Shown here: positions 36,111-45,048 of the stretch, piece by piece
How the letters are laid out: each line of letters begins with the position of its first letter
Position numbering within the stretch: position 1 is the first letter of the stretch
Assembly (NCBI GenBank): GCA_963844945.1
Contig: CAWJQZ010000002.1
Coordinates: 2,123 to 66,122, forward strand
DNA: 64,000 bases
Direction of reading: 5' to 3'
Origin: an uncultured Chloroflexia bacterium
GTDB taxonomy: Bacteria; Chloroflexota; Limnocylindria; Limnocylindrales; CSP1-4
Made by a program: the position numbers and the translations under genes
The notes under the pieces: model-generated
Told to the model about the DNA's origin: nothing
The model's input: the letters and a program-made list of their open reading frames with translations, nothing else
Database searches by the model: none

Positions 36111-36769
36111 CCGGCGATCGGCTCCCGCAGGGCTCCGGCGACGACGACGGACCGCACGGCGCGGGCGATGCGCTCGACGTCCGCGAGCGCCTCCGACGTG
36201 CGGAACTCGAGGTCCTCGGCGAGCGCGCGATCAGGCACGGACGGCAGGTTGACGCGGACGTTCTCGGCCGCCGAGTGCGCGGCGGCGACGGAGAAGTGCG
36301 CGGAGACCCCGAGGTCGCTCGCGGCGTTGCGGTTGCTCCGGCCGGCGAGCTCCTCCGCCGCCGCGACGATCTGCCGGCACGCCAGCACGACCTCGAGCGG
36401 GACCTGCGCGGCGAGCGTCGCGGCCTCGCCGAGGGCGGCGGTCCGCGCGGCCTTCTGCTCGTCCGTGTCGCGCGGCATCTTCATCACCGCGGCGAACCGG
36501 CCGTACGCCGAGGCGTCCTCGTCCGCGAGCTCGAGGCAGCGAGCGGCGAGCCGCCTCCCCTCCGCCTCGCAGCGGTCGATGGAGGCGATGTACTGGGCAT
36601 ACGTCGGTCGGTCGCGCGAGAGCGAGGCGACCATCGCGACGAGGGCCGCCGCGAGGGAGGCGCCGACCGCCGCGGCGCTGCCGCCGCCGGGGATGGGCTC
36701 GGCCGAGGAGAGATGTGCGACGAAGCCCTTGAGCGTCTCGTCGCCGAACGCACGGCGCGGATCGGACAT
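36107..36769 (-). CDS. cyclodeaminase/cyclohydrolase family protein (FTCD_C domain)
   Basis: ATG 36767-36769. SAEPIPGGGSAAAVGASLAAALVAMV is typical of formimino-THF cyclodeaminase. ATGA-coupled to folD. Confidence 0.75.
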   Translation of the reverse strand: MSDPRRAFGDETLKGFVAHLSSAEPIPGGGSAAAVGASLAAALVAMVASLSRDRPTYAQYIASIDRCEAEGRRLAARCLELADEDASAYGRFAAVMKMPRDTDEQKAARTAALGEAATLAAQVPLEVVLACRQIVAAAEELAGRSNRNAASDLGVSAHFSVAAAHSAAENVRVNLPSVPDRALAEDLEFRTSEALADVERIARAVRSVVVAGALREPIAG

Positions 36770-37093
36770 GCGCCGATCGTAGCCCCACGGATGCGGCGCG
36801 ACACGGCCGACGGGCAGGGGGCGCGGGGGCCGGTTCGGCCCGGAAGTGGCAGGGCGACGGCCGTCGTCCGGAGGTGGTGAGGCGGGTCCCGTGGTGACGG
36901 CGGCCGTACCGGCGCGTCGGGGCGATCGGTCCCGGACGTGGCGATCCCGGGCGGACGGGTACCGGACTCGTCCTCCCGGGATCATGGGGCGGCCGCGCTG
37001 GGTCGCGACCACGGAGGTGCTTGGGGCGGCGCTCGAGTCGCTCGGCGTCTCGGGCGGCTCGCCGCGGCCGGTCTCCGGAGGCGGTGCGGCCGC

Positions 37094-37369
37094 TCAGGCG
37101 GCGCGCACGCCCTGGATGCTCTCGAAGGCCTCGATCTCCCACTTGCGGGAGCGGTGACGGAACGAGAGCGAGACCCGCGCCTCGCGGGTGACGACCTCGA
37201 AGACGGTGCGCGGCCCGGTGGTCACCGAGAACGCGGAGACCTCGCGGCGGATCGCCGCGACCTGGACGACGGGGACCTTGAGGCCGTCGACGACGATCTC
37301 GCGCGGCGTCCCGGTGAACCAGTCGGTGCGCACGTCCACGCGGATCGGCTGCACGCGGACCATCGCCAT
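37094..37369 (-). CDS. hypothetical 91-aa protein, predicted SOS-regulated
   Basis: AAGGAG RBS, MAMVRVQPIRVDVRTDWFTGTPREIVVDGLKVPVV... No motif recognised. Sits behind a promoter with two LexA boxes. Confidence 0.55.
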   Translation of the reverse strand: MAMVRVQPIRVDVRTDWFTGTPREIVVDGLKVPVVQVAAIRREVSAFSVTTGPRTVFEVVTREARVSLSFRHRSRKWEIEAFESIQGVRAA

Positions 37370-37423
37370 GGCTCGGGCTCCTTTCGGGGCTTCTGCAGCG
37401 TCGCGCGGGGCACTCGTGCGACA

Positions 37424-37478
37424 GAACAACCGTTCGATTACGGGACGAAATGTAGAACGAACGTATGTTCTATGTCAA
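37424..37478 (-). promoter_or_regulatory. promoter with two LexA (Cheo-type) boxes
   Basis: Minus-sense TTGACA (37473-37478), N18, TACATT (37449-37454). GAAC-N4-GTTC boxes lie at 37459-37470 (inside the spacer) and 37424-37435 (just downstream of the -10). Confidence 0.7.
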
Positions 37479-37710
37479 GGGGTGATCCGCGCTCCGCCAT
37501 CTTGACGAGCCGGCGTGCTCAGGAACATAGTGGCAGCGTCGGCCGTCGCCCCTGGCACGCGATCCTTGCGACGACCGCGACTCTTCTCGCGGACGGAGTG
37601 TGACGAGCCCTGGCAGAGCAGGGCATCCGACCTCCCGCCGGGGCCTCAGCGCCCACATCCGCCTACGAGACCGCTTCAGGGACCGCGGCATCGTGGGAAG
37701 TGAGCTTCTC

Positions 37711-38295
37711 GTGAGCGGACCGCGTTCGTACCTCAAGGTCGCCGCGGCTGCGGTCGCGGTGATCGCCCTCTGCGGAGGCGCCTACGCGGCCACGTCGGGT
37801 CCGACCGAGGCGGCCGATGCCCCGCGCGACACCGACATGGCGCAGGCACCTGTGACCACCGTGATCGCCGGGTCACCCGACCTGGCCGACCTGTCCTCGC
37901 CATGGCTCGGGTACACGGTGTCGCTCCCCATCACCTGGGCCTTCACCGGACACGTCGCCCCGGGGGACTCCGCGACGCCCCACGACTCGTTCCTCGGCCC
38001 GGTACCGGGTTCGGATGGGACGATGATGCTCGTGGTCGGGCGCTCGGACGACGCGCCCCGGCGGGTCGTCGACCACCGCATCGCGGCGGACGGCGGGACC
38101 TTCGCGGTGACGCCTGCCGCCGACATGGGCGACGGAGCCATCGCGCTGATCGCCGAGGCCACCATGGACGGCGCGAACTGGTACGTCATGGCGCACGCGC
38201 CCGACACCGCTGCGTCGCGGGCGCTCTTCGACCAGCTCGTCGCGTCGTTCCGGTTCCCGGACGCCGGGTTCGGGAAGGTGCCGCAGAGCGAGTAG
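37711..38295 (+). CDS. hypothetical secreted/lipoprotein-like protein
   Basis: GTG 37711. N-terminal YLKVAAAAVAVIALCGGAYA. No recognisable domain. The start is uncertain (track ORF starts at 37600). Confidence 0.45.
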   Translation: MSGPRSYLKVAAAAVAVIALCGGAYAATSGPTEAADAPRDTDMAQAPVTTVIAGSPDLADLSSPWLGYTVSLPITWAFTGHVAPGDSATPHDSFLGPVPGSDGTMMLVVGRSDDAPRRVVDHRIAADGGTFAVTPAADMGDGAIALIAEATMDGANWYVMAHAPDTAASRALFDQLVASFRFPDAGFGKVPQSE

Positions 38296-38426
38296 AGCCT
38301 CGACGCCTCGCGGGCAGACCGGACGGACGCGACGTCGGGAGGGGTCGCGCGGCCCGCAGATCGACATGCGGCCCGGCATCGCCACGCTGTCCCGGCTCCG
38401 CTCCCGGGCCTGAGCTCGGTCGCGGG

Positions 38427-39731
38427 TCAGTCCCCGGCCTCCGGCATCCCTCCGTCCGGGTCGGGCTCGAAGGTCACCGGCTCCGGCTCGTCGAGCGTCT
38501 CGTCGACGCCGCGCTTGGCGAGCGGCGACATCGGGTCGCGCTCGAACGGCGCCGGCATCCCCTTGTCGAGGAGCCGCGCCCGCACCACCGCACGGTCGCC
38601 GTACTTGCGCTTCAGCAGGTCCGCCGCCGCGGCCGCGCGGTGGCGGCGTTGGTCGTCGTCGGTGAAGAGGCCCATCTGGTCGGGCTCGTCGAGATGCGTC
38701 GCGGTGACGCCGAGAAGGCGGATCCGCTTCCCGCGCATCTCCGGTCGGGCGAGGGCGAGGGCCGCCTGGTAGATCGGCTCCGCGAGGTCGGTCGGCTCGG
38801 GGAGGGGCGCCTGGCGGGTGACCGTACGGAACGCGGAGTCGCGGACCTTCACGACGACCGTCCCAGCGCGGATCCCCATCCCTCGCAGCCGCCACGCGAC
38901 CCCGTCCGCGAGCCCGAGGAGCGTGCGCTCGAGCGTCTCCGGGTCGCTCGTGTCCCGGTCGAACGTGTGCTCGTGCCCCACCGACTTCGCCGCCTCCGGC
39001 TCGTGGACGGGGTCGCCGTCGATCCCGTGCGCCCGGTCGATCAGCTCCGTGCCGTGCTTCCCGAAGCGGCGGAGGAGGACGTCGGGCGGCAGGGCCGCGA
39101 GGTCCCCGATCGTCCGGACCCCCAGCTCGCCGAGGGCCGACGTGGTCGCGGGCCCCACCCCCCACAGGCGCGAGACCGGGAGCGGCGCGAGGAAGGCGGC
39201 CTCCTCGCCGGCAGGGACCACCACGAGGCCGTCGGGCTTGCGCAGGTCCGAGCCGATCTTCGCGACGAGCTTGGACGAGCCCACGCCCACGCTCGCCGTG
39301 AGACCCGTCTCGGCGTGGATCGCATCCTTGATCCGCCGGGCGATCTCCTCCGGCGACCCGAACAGCGCCTCGGAGCCCGCGACGTCGAGGAACGCCTCGT
39401 CGATCGAGACCTGCTCCACGCGCGGCGTGAACCTGCGGAGGATCGTCATGACGCGGCGGCTCTCCGCCTGGTACTTCGCCCCGTCCACGGGGACGAAGAT
39501 CCCGTCCGGGCAGAGCCGCCCCGCGGTCCGGAGCGGCATCGCCGACCGGACGCCGAACCTGCGGGCCTCGTAGCTCGCGGTGCTGACGACCCCGCGGTCG
39601 TCCGGCCCGCCGCCACCCACGATGACCGGCTTCCCCCGGAGCTCGGGCCGATCCCGCTGCTCGACGGCGGCGAAGAAGGCGTCGAGGTCCACGTGGAGGA
39701 TCGCGGCGCCCGCCCCGGGGCGCGTGCTCAT
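38427..39731 (-). CDS. dinB: DNA polymerase IV (Y-family)
   Basis: 434 aa. ILHVDLDAFFAAVEQRD and SIDEAFLDV catalytic motifs. Its ATG overlaps the stop of the upstream membrane gene (ATGA). Confidence 0.9.
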   Translation of the reverse strand: MSTRPGAGAAILHVDLDAFFAAVEQRDRPELRGKPVIVGGGGPDDRGVVSTASYEARRFGVRSAMPLRTAGRLCPDGIFVPVDGAKYQAESRRVMTILRRFTPRVEQVSIDEAFLDVAGSEALFGSPEEIARRIKDAIHAETGLTASVGVGSSKLVAKIGSDLRKPDGLVVVPAGEEAAFLAPLPVSRLWGVGPATTSALGELGVRTIGDLAALPPDVLLRRFGKHGTELIDRAHGIDGDPVHEPEAAKSVGHEHTFDRDTSDPETLERTLLGLADGVAWRLRGMGIRAGTVVVKVRDSAFRTVTRQAPLPEPTDLAEPIYQAALALARPEMRGKRIRLLGVTATHLDEPDQMGLFTDDDQRRHRAAAAADLLKRKYGDRAVVRARLLDKGMPAPFERDPMSPLAKRGVDETLDEPEPVTFEPDPDGGMPEAGD

Positions 39732-41002
39732 GCGATGAAGTCGCCGCGGACGAAGGCCACCGCGGCGAGGCCGAGGAGGAGTGCGGAGCAGACGGTCCAC
39801 ACCAGGTCGAACCGACGGTTCCGCCCGGCGATCCCCAGGGCGGCGAAGACCGGGAAGATCACGAGGAGGAGGCGCGTCGTGGAGGTGAGCGGCGTCGGCT
39901 GGAGGCGCACGGCGATCAGCAGGATGGACGCGATCGCGTAGAGCGTGTACGAGAGCGGCAGCCGGCGGACCGCGAGGATGGCGACGACGGCGAACAGCAC
40001 GAGGGCCGCCGCGTTCAGCAGCTCGATCCCCGGGTTGAACTTCCCGGCCAGCGCCCAGTCGATGGCGGCGATGACCGTCTCCCATGGCGCGTGGAAGTCG
40101 CGCCCGCCCCAGGCGTCCTGCGCGTCGAAGAGCCCGAGCCCCACGACGGAGGACGTGTACCACGCGAACGCCGCGAAGCCGGCGACCGGCGCGACCACGG
40201 CGAGGAGCGACGCGATCCTGTCTTCCAGCAGCGACCGGCCCTCGGGATCCGACCCGGCCGGCGTCAGCTCGCCCGCCCGCCAGGCGCGGACGGCCTCCCA
40301 CGCGAGCGGGAGCACGAGGAGGACCCCCTGCGTCCGCGTGAGCCCGGCGACGAGCGCGGCCGCGGCCGCGAGCCACCAGCGCCGCTCGCGCGCGCCGACG
40401 AACGCCCAGACGGTCGCTGCCAGGAAGAGCGCCTCCGAGAACGGGGCATACAGGAAGAGCGCAGCCGGGAAGATCGACAGGTAGAGGACCGTCCGGTCGG
40501 CGATCCGGACGCCGAGGTCGCGGGAGACCAGGCGATGGAGGCCGGCGAGCCCGACCACCGACGCGACGAGGTTGACGAGCATCCCGGAGAGCGCGACATC
40601 GCCGCTGAAGAGCCCGGCGAAGCCGCGCGCGAGGAGCGGGAAGCCAGGGAAGAACGCGGTCGCGTCCGTGCCCTGCTCGTAGCCGAACGTCGCGATCTTC
40701 GCGTACCAGCAGGCGTCCCACCGCTCCCAGATCCCGACGAGCGGGAACCTCCATCCCTCCGCGTCGAGCGGCGGGACGGTGGTCCAGCCGTTGAGTGCGA
40801 CCTCGAAATGGCACGGCTGCGGCGGCGCCCACTGCACGACCGCCACGATGCCGATGAGGATGAGCCCGAGGCGGACCGCGAGCGTGACCCAGAGGGCCTC
40901 GCGCCAGGAGCGAGGGATGCGCGCTGCGAGCGCGCGGGACGGCGGCACCCCCCGGCCGGGGCGCGTCGCTGGCGTCGCGGGAGTGGAAGGTGTGTCCTGC
41001 AT
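39728..41002 (-). CDS. GT-C-fold integral membrane glycosyltransferase (PIG-V/mannosyltransferase-like)
   Basis: 424 aa, at least 10 TM. Motifs RWDACWYAKIATFGY and AFFPGFPLL are shared with the 42388..43500 paralog. Confidence 0.55.
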   Translation of the reverse strand: MQDTPSTPATPATRPGRGVPPSRALAARIPRSWREALWVTLAVRLGLILIGIVAVVQWAPPQPCHFEVALNGWTTVPPLDAEGWRFPLVGIWERWDACWYAKIATFGYEQGTDATAFFPGFPLLARGFAGLFSGDVALSGMLVNLVASVVGLAGLHRLVSRDLGVRIADRTVLYLSIFPAALFLYAPFSEALFLAATVWAFVGARERRWWLAAAAALVAGLTRTQGVLLVLPLAWEAVRAWRAGELTPAGSDPEGRSLLEDRIASLLAVVAPVAGFAAFAWYTSSVVGLGLFDAQDAWGGRDFHAPWETVIAAIDWALAGKFNPGIELLNAAALVLFAVVAILAVRRLPLSYTLYAIASILLIAVRLQPTPLTSTTRLLLVIFPVFAALGIAGRNRRFDLVWTVCSALLLGLAAVAFVRGDFIA

Positions 41003-41064
41003 GCGCGTCGCGAGTGTATCGTCGGGCGCGCACGCAGCGAGACGGTGGAGGGGTCGGTGACGTG

Positions 41065-42351
41065 ACGGGCGGCAAGGGGTCCGATCAGAGCGCTGCGCGC
41101 TCCGTCCTGTCCGAGACGGCGCTCGGCGGGGCGGCAGCGAGCGCGGGCGGGGTGCTGCGCCGGGTGCGGGTGACGCGGAACGCGTGGGTCGCCGTCGGGC
41201 TCGCCGTGCTGGCGACGGCCGTCTACCTGTTCACGTCGTCGCGCGACCGCGAGAACCTCGACTACTTCATCCGCCTCGCGGACGCGATGATGCACGGCCG
41301 CGTCTACCTGACCGAGGCGCCGTCGTGGCTCACGGAGCTGATCCCGCGCGGCGGGGTCTGGTACGTCGCGTACCCACCCATGCCCGCGGTCCTGCTGATC
41401 CCGTTCGTCGCCGTCTTCGGGACGGACATGCACCAGCAGGTCGTCAGCTCGCTCTTCGCGGGCATCTCGGTCGGGCTGACATACCTCGTCCTCTGCCGGT
41501 TCTCGCTCTCCGAGCGCGTCCGGGTGGCCCTTGCGCTCGTGTTCGCCTTCGGGACGTGCCTCTTCTACGTCGCCGAGGCGGGCAACACGTGGTACTTCGC
41601 GCAGGTCTGCGCGGTCATGTTCTCGACCGCCGCGATCCTGCTCACCCTCCACCGTCGGTGGCCGCTCCTCGTCGGGCTCCTCCTCGGGCTCGCGGTCCTC
41701 TCGCGCCTGCCGGTCGTCCTCTCCGCGCCGTTCTTCGCCGCGATGCTCGCCGGCCTCGGGTGGCCGCTGCGGATCCCCGAGGACCGGGCGCGCGCGATCC
41801 GGTCGGTCGTCCTCTTCGGCGCCGGGCTCGCGATCCCGCTGGCGGCGTTCGCCCTCTACAACGTCGCGCGGTTCGGGAGCCCGTTCGAGTTCGGCTACGC
41901 GCTCATCCCCGGCGTCCTCGAGGAGCGCTACTACACCGAGGGGATCTTCTCGATCACCTACATCCCGCGGCACATCTACGCGATCTTCTTCCGGAGCTGG
42001 ATCTGGAACGACGACTTCCCCTACCTCTGGGCCTCGTGGTGGGGGCTCGCGATCACCTTCACGACCCCGCTCTTCTTCTGGGTCCTCAAGGCGCGCCTGC
42101 AGGATCCGCGCGTGCTGTGGGCGGCGGTCGGCATCGGGCTGACGCTCATCCCCATCGTCACCCACGGCAATGTCGGCTTCACGCAGTTCGGCTACCGCTT
42201 CAGCCTCGACATCCAGCCGCTCCTCTTCGTCGTCCTCGCCACGGTCTACGAGCGCGGGATGTCGCGGCTGGCATGGGTCGCGGCGATCCTCTCCGTGGCC
42301 TTCTGCACGTACGGGGTCTGGGCGATCGGCGCCGGCTTCGTGGACTGGTGA
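41065..42351 (+). CDS. GT-C-fold integral membrane glycosyltransferase (ArnT/PMT-like)
   Basis: Polytopic membrane protein with ...YFIRLADAMMHGRVYL...YPPMPAVLLIPF... Start chosen at GTG 41065 after GGAGGGG; the track ORF from 40990 would overlap the divergent gene. Confidence 0.5.
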   Translation, partial: TGGKGSDQSAARSVLSETALGGAAASAGGVLRRVRVTRNAWVAVGLAVLATAVYLFTSSRDRENLDYFIRLADAMMHGRVYLTEAPSWLTELIPRGGVWYVAYPPMPAVLLIPFVAVFGTDMHQQVVSSLFAGISVGLTYLVLCRFSLSERVRVALALVFAFGTCLFYVAEAGNTWYFAQVCAVMFSTAAILLTLHRRWPLLVGLLLGLAVLSRLPVVLSAPFFAAMLAGLGWPLRIPEDRARAIRSVVLFGAGLAIPLAAFALYNVARFGSPFEFGYALIPGVLEERYYTEGIFSITYIPRHIYAIFFRSWIWNDDFPYLWASWWGLAITFTTPLFFWVLKARLQDPRVLWAAVGIGLTLIPIVTHGNVGFTQFGYRFSLDIQPLLFVVLATVYERGMSRLAWVAAILSVAFCTYGVWAIGAGFVDW

Positions 42352-42387
42352 GGCGAGCGATCGGACGGCGGCCGGCGGCCCGACGAC

Positions 42388-43500
42388 TCAGGGGGCCCAC
42401 CCGCCGGTGAGGAAGACCGTGGTCAGGACGACCATGCAGGCGGCGGAGACGAGCGCGACGGCGGCCGCGACGGCCGGCCACCGCGCGAGCCCGCCGAGCA
42501 TGAGGAAGACCGGGACCACGCCGATCACGTAGCGGGGGACGCTGATCGGCCAGGTGAGCGTCGCGAGGCTCAGCGTGGTGAGCACCACGTACGCCGCGTA
42601 CGACGGCCGGGAGCGGCGCGAGAGCACGGACCAGACGGATGCGACCGCGAGCAGCACGAAGGCGAGCAGGGGCGCGAGGGTCACCGTCACCCACTGCCAG
42701 TCCTTCGGGCCGGCGAGGACGCCGTCAACGAGCGGTCCGATCACCTCCCAGGGCAGCGCGTTCTCGTGGAACCAGTACTGCTTCTGCATCGGCAGGAACG
42801 CGAGCGGGTCGCCGAAGACGACCAGGTTGATGCCGAGGTAGGCGGCGACCGCGAGGAGCGGCACGAGCGCCCAGACGATCGCGACGACCCGGTGTCGCCT
42901 TGCCCGAAGCGCCTCGAGGAGGAGCGCAGGGACGAGGAAGACGCCCTGGAGCCGGGCGAGCCCGGCGAGGAGCCCCGCAGCGCCCGCGCCCACGCCGACC
43001 CGGCCGCGCGCGAGGACCAGCGCCCAGGTGGCCGACGCGAGGAAGAGCGCCTCCGAGTACGGCGCCCCGAGGCTGTACGACGTGGGGAACGCGAACAGGA
43101 AGAGGACGGCCCAGCGGGCGACGTCACGCGACGCGTCGAAGCGGGCGAGCCGGTACAGGCCGACGGCGGCCACGATCGTCGCGACGACCGAGACGAGGGA
43201 GGCGACGAGGAGCGGCTCGGCGAGCGTCGACCCGAGCCGGATGAGGAGCGGGTAGAGCGGGAAGAAGACGATCCGCTCGGGGCTCGTCGTGGCGCTGTAT
43301 CCGTCGGCGGCGATCCCGAGGTACTGGCCGGCATCCCATCGGAGCCAGACGGTGAGCGCGTCGCGGTCGGCGAGGTCCCCGACGGTCGACACCATCGGGA
43401 GGAGCGCCGCGTAGAGGTGGAGGACGACCTGGAACGTCAGCGCGGGCAGGGCGGCATCGCGCGCCTCGTCGGAGTCGAGCCAGGCGCGAAGCCGCCCCAT
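42388..43500 (-). CDS. GT-C-fold integral membrane glycosyltransferase (PIG-V/mannosyltransferase-like), paralog
   Basis: 370 aa. RWDAGQYLGIAADGY and VFFPLYPLL motifs. Polytopic. Confidence 0.55.
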   Translation of the reverse strand: MGRLRAWLDSDEARDAALPALTFQVVLHLYAALLPMVSTVGDLADRDALTVWLRWDAGQYLGIAADGYSATTSPERIVFFPLYPLLIRLGSTLAEPLLVASLVSVVATIVAAVGLYRLARFDASRDVARWAVLFLFAFPTSYSLGAPYSEALFLASATWALVLARGRVGVGAGAAGLLAGLARLQGVFLVPALLLEALRARRHRVVAIVWALVPLLAVAAYLGINLVVFGDPLAFLPMQKQYWFHENALPWEVIGPLVDGVLAGPKDWQWVTVTLAPLLAFVLLAVASVWSVLSRRSRPSYAAYVVLTTLSLATLTWPISVPRYVIGVVPVFLMLGGLARWPAVAAAVALVSAACMVVLTTVFLTGGWAP

Positions 43501-43543
43501 GGGTCCGCGAACGATGACCCTGGGTCACGCGTCCGCGGTCGCG

Positions 43544-43990
43544 TCAGCCCTTGGGCTCGACGACGACCGTGACCTCCGGCGTCATGCCGGCGTGGACCTT
43601 CACCGGCACCTTGTACGTGCCGAGGGTCTTGAGGGGCTGATCGAGGTCGATCTTGTGCTTGTCCACCGTGATGCCGCGGCGGCCGAGCGCGTCCGCGATG
43701 TCCTGGGCGGTGATCGAGCCGTAGAGCTTGCCGCCCTCGCCGACCTTCACGCCCATCGTGAGCGTCGTGCTCGAGATCCGGTTCGCAGCGATCTCGGCCT
43801 CCTCGCGCTCGCGCTTGCGCTTCTCCTCGCGGCTGGCGATGTCGTGCTGCCAGGCGCGATACGCGCCGCCCGACGCGGGCACGGCGAGCTTCTGGGCGAT
43901 GAGGTAGTTGCGGGCGTAGCCGTCGGCGACGTCCTTCATCTCGCCCGACTTGCCGAGCTTCGCCACGTCGGCGGTCAGGATGACCTTCAC
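43544..43990 (-). CDS. rplI: 50S ribosomal protein L9
   Basis: GTG start after GGAGGA. MKVILTADVAKLGKSGEMKDVADGYARNYL..., 148 aa. Confidence 0.9.
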   Translation of the reverse strand: MKVILTADVAKLGKSGEMKDVADGYARNYLIAQKLAVPASGGAYRAWQHDIASREEKRKREREEAEIAANRISSTTLTMGVKVGEGGKLYGSITAQDIADALGRRGITVDKHKIDLDQPLKTLGTYKVPVKVHAGMTPEVTVVVEPKG

Positions 43991-44154
43991 GCGAGAGGAT
44001 CCTCCATGCTGTGATATCGGAGCGCACGGTCATGCACCGGCGACGCGCCCCGGGGAAGCGGAGTGTACCAGCCGCGGCGCCACCGCCCCCTGCGCGCTGC
44101 GCGCGGGCCCGCGAGGAGGCCCGCGTCCGCCCGGCGTCCCGCCGCGAACGGCCC

Positions 44155-44183
44155 TTGACAATCGAACACCCGTTCGGTAGTCT
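44155..44183 (+). promoter_or_regulatory. lexA promoter with embedded LexA box
   Basis: TTGACA (44155-44160), N17, TAGTCT (44178-44183). CGAACACCCGTTCG (44163-44176) sits in the spacer. AAGGAGG RBS at 44191-44197. Confidence 0.75.
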
Positions 44184-44202
44184 CGCGGCGAAGGAGGTCC
44201 CG

Positions 44203-44883
44203 GTGACCAAGCACGACGCAGAGCGCAAGCGGCGGATCCTGGAGTACATCGCGGCCACGACCCGCGAGACCGGCTTCCCTCCGTCGATCCGCGACATCGC
44301 GCGCGCGGTGGACCTGGCGTCCACCTCGGCGGTCCACCACCACCTCCAGGCTCTCGAGCGCGACGGCTACCTCGAGCGGGTCTATCTGGACGGCGCGGAC
44401 CCGAGCCACCGGTCCGCCCAGCCGCGCGCCCTCCGGCTCACCCCTCAGGCCATGATCATGCTCGGCCTCGCGGCCGACGTCGTCCCGTCCGCGGCCGGCT
44501 CCGCGTCGTACGTCCTCCCGGTCGTCGGCGAGATCGCAGCCGGCGGGCCGATCGAGGCATATCAGGACGTCGCGGAGACGATGCCGGTCCCGCAGCTCCT
44601 CGCGCCGGACGGCGACGCGTACCTCCTCCGCGTCCGTGGCGACTCGATGATCGAGGCGCACATCACGGACGGCGACTACGTGGTCATCCGCCCGCAGCAG
44701 ACCGCGCACAACGGGGACATCGTCGTCGCCCAGGTGGAGGAGAACGCGGTCACGCTCAAGCGGTTCTTCCGCGAGCAGGGCCGCATCCGCCTGCAGCCGG
44801 CGAACCCGGACTACCCGCCGCAGTTCTACGACGAGGTGCGGATCCAGGGCAAGCTCATCGGGGTCATCCGCCGCCTCGACTGA
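44203..44883 (+). CDS. lexA: LexA repressor
   Basis: GTG 44203. N-terminal wHTH (PSIRDIARAVDLASTSAVHHHLQALERDGYL) and C-terminal S24 peptidase (GDSMIEAHI...TLKRF). Confidence 0.9.
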   Translation: MTKHDAERKRRILEYIAATTRETGFPPSIRDIARAVDLASTSAVHHHLQALERDGYLERVYLDGADPSHRSAQPRALRLTPQAMIMLGLAADVVPSAAGSASYVLPVVGEIAAGGPIEAYQDVAETMPVPQLLAPDGDAYLLRVRGDSMIEAHITDGDYVVIRPQQTAHNGDIVVAQVEENAVTLKRFFREQGRIRLQPANPDYPPQFYDEVRIQGKLIGVIRRLD

Positions 44884-44908
44884 CCCGCCGGGCGTCGCCG
44901 GGCAGATC

Positions 44909-44928
44909 TTCCACAGGCCGTCCACAGG
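44909..44928 (+). repeat. direct repeat TCCACAGG x2 (DnaA-box-like) upstream of dnaB
   Basis: TTCCACAGG (44909-44917) and GTCCACAGG (44920-44928), 11 nt apart, 120-140 nt upstream of the dnaB start. Confidence 0.35.
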
Positions 44929-45048
44929 GAACCCACGGGCGGAGCAGGTGCCGGCGATCTTCGTGGACGAGGTCGTGGGTAAACCCGTCGCGGCCGCCCG
45001 GCTTCGGCGTCAGGATGGGCGACGCGGAACCTGAGCCCGGAGTCACGC

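Noticed and set aside
36770-37093. Possible ZTP (pfl) or THF riboswitch upstream of the cyclodeaminase-folD-fhs operon.
   Set aside because: The context is right. On the minus strand I find only a CCCGGGAGGACG...CGTCCGCCCGGG hairpin (36946-36980) and loose resemblances. There is no ACUGGCG or CCGCCUGGGC-type core. An Infernal scan would be decisive.
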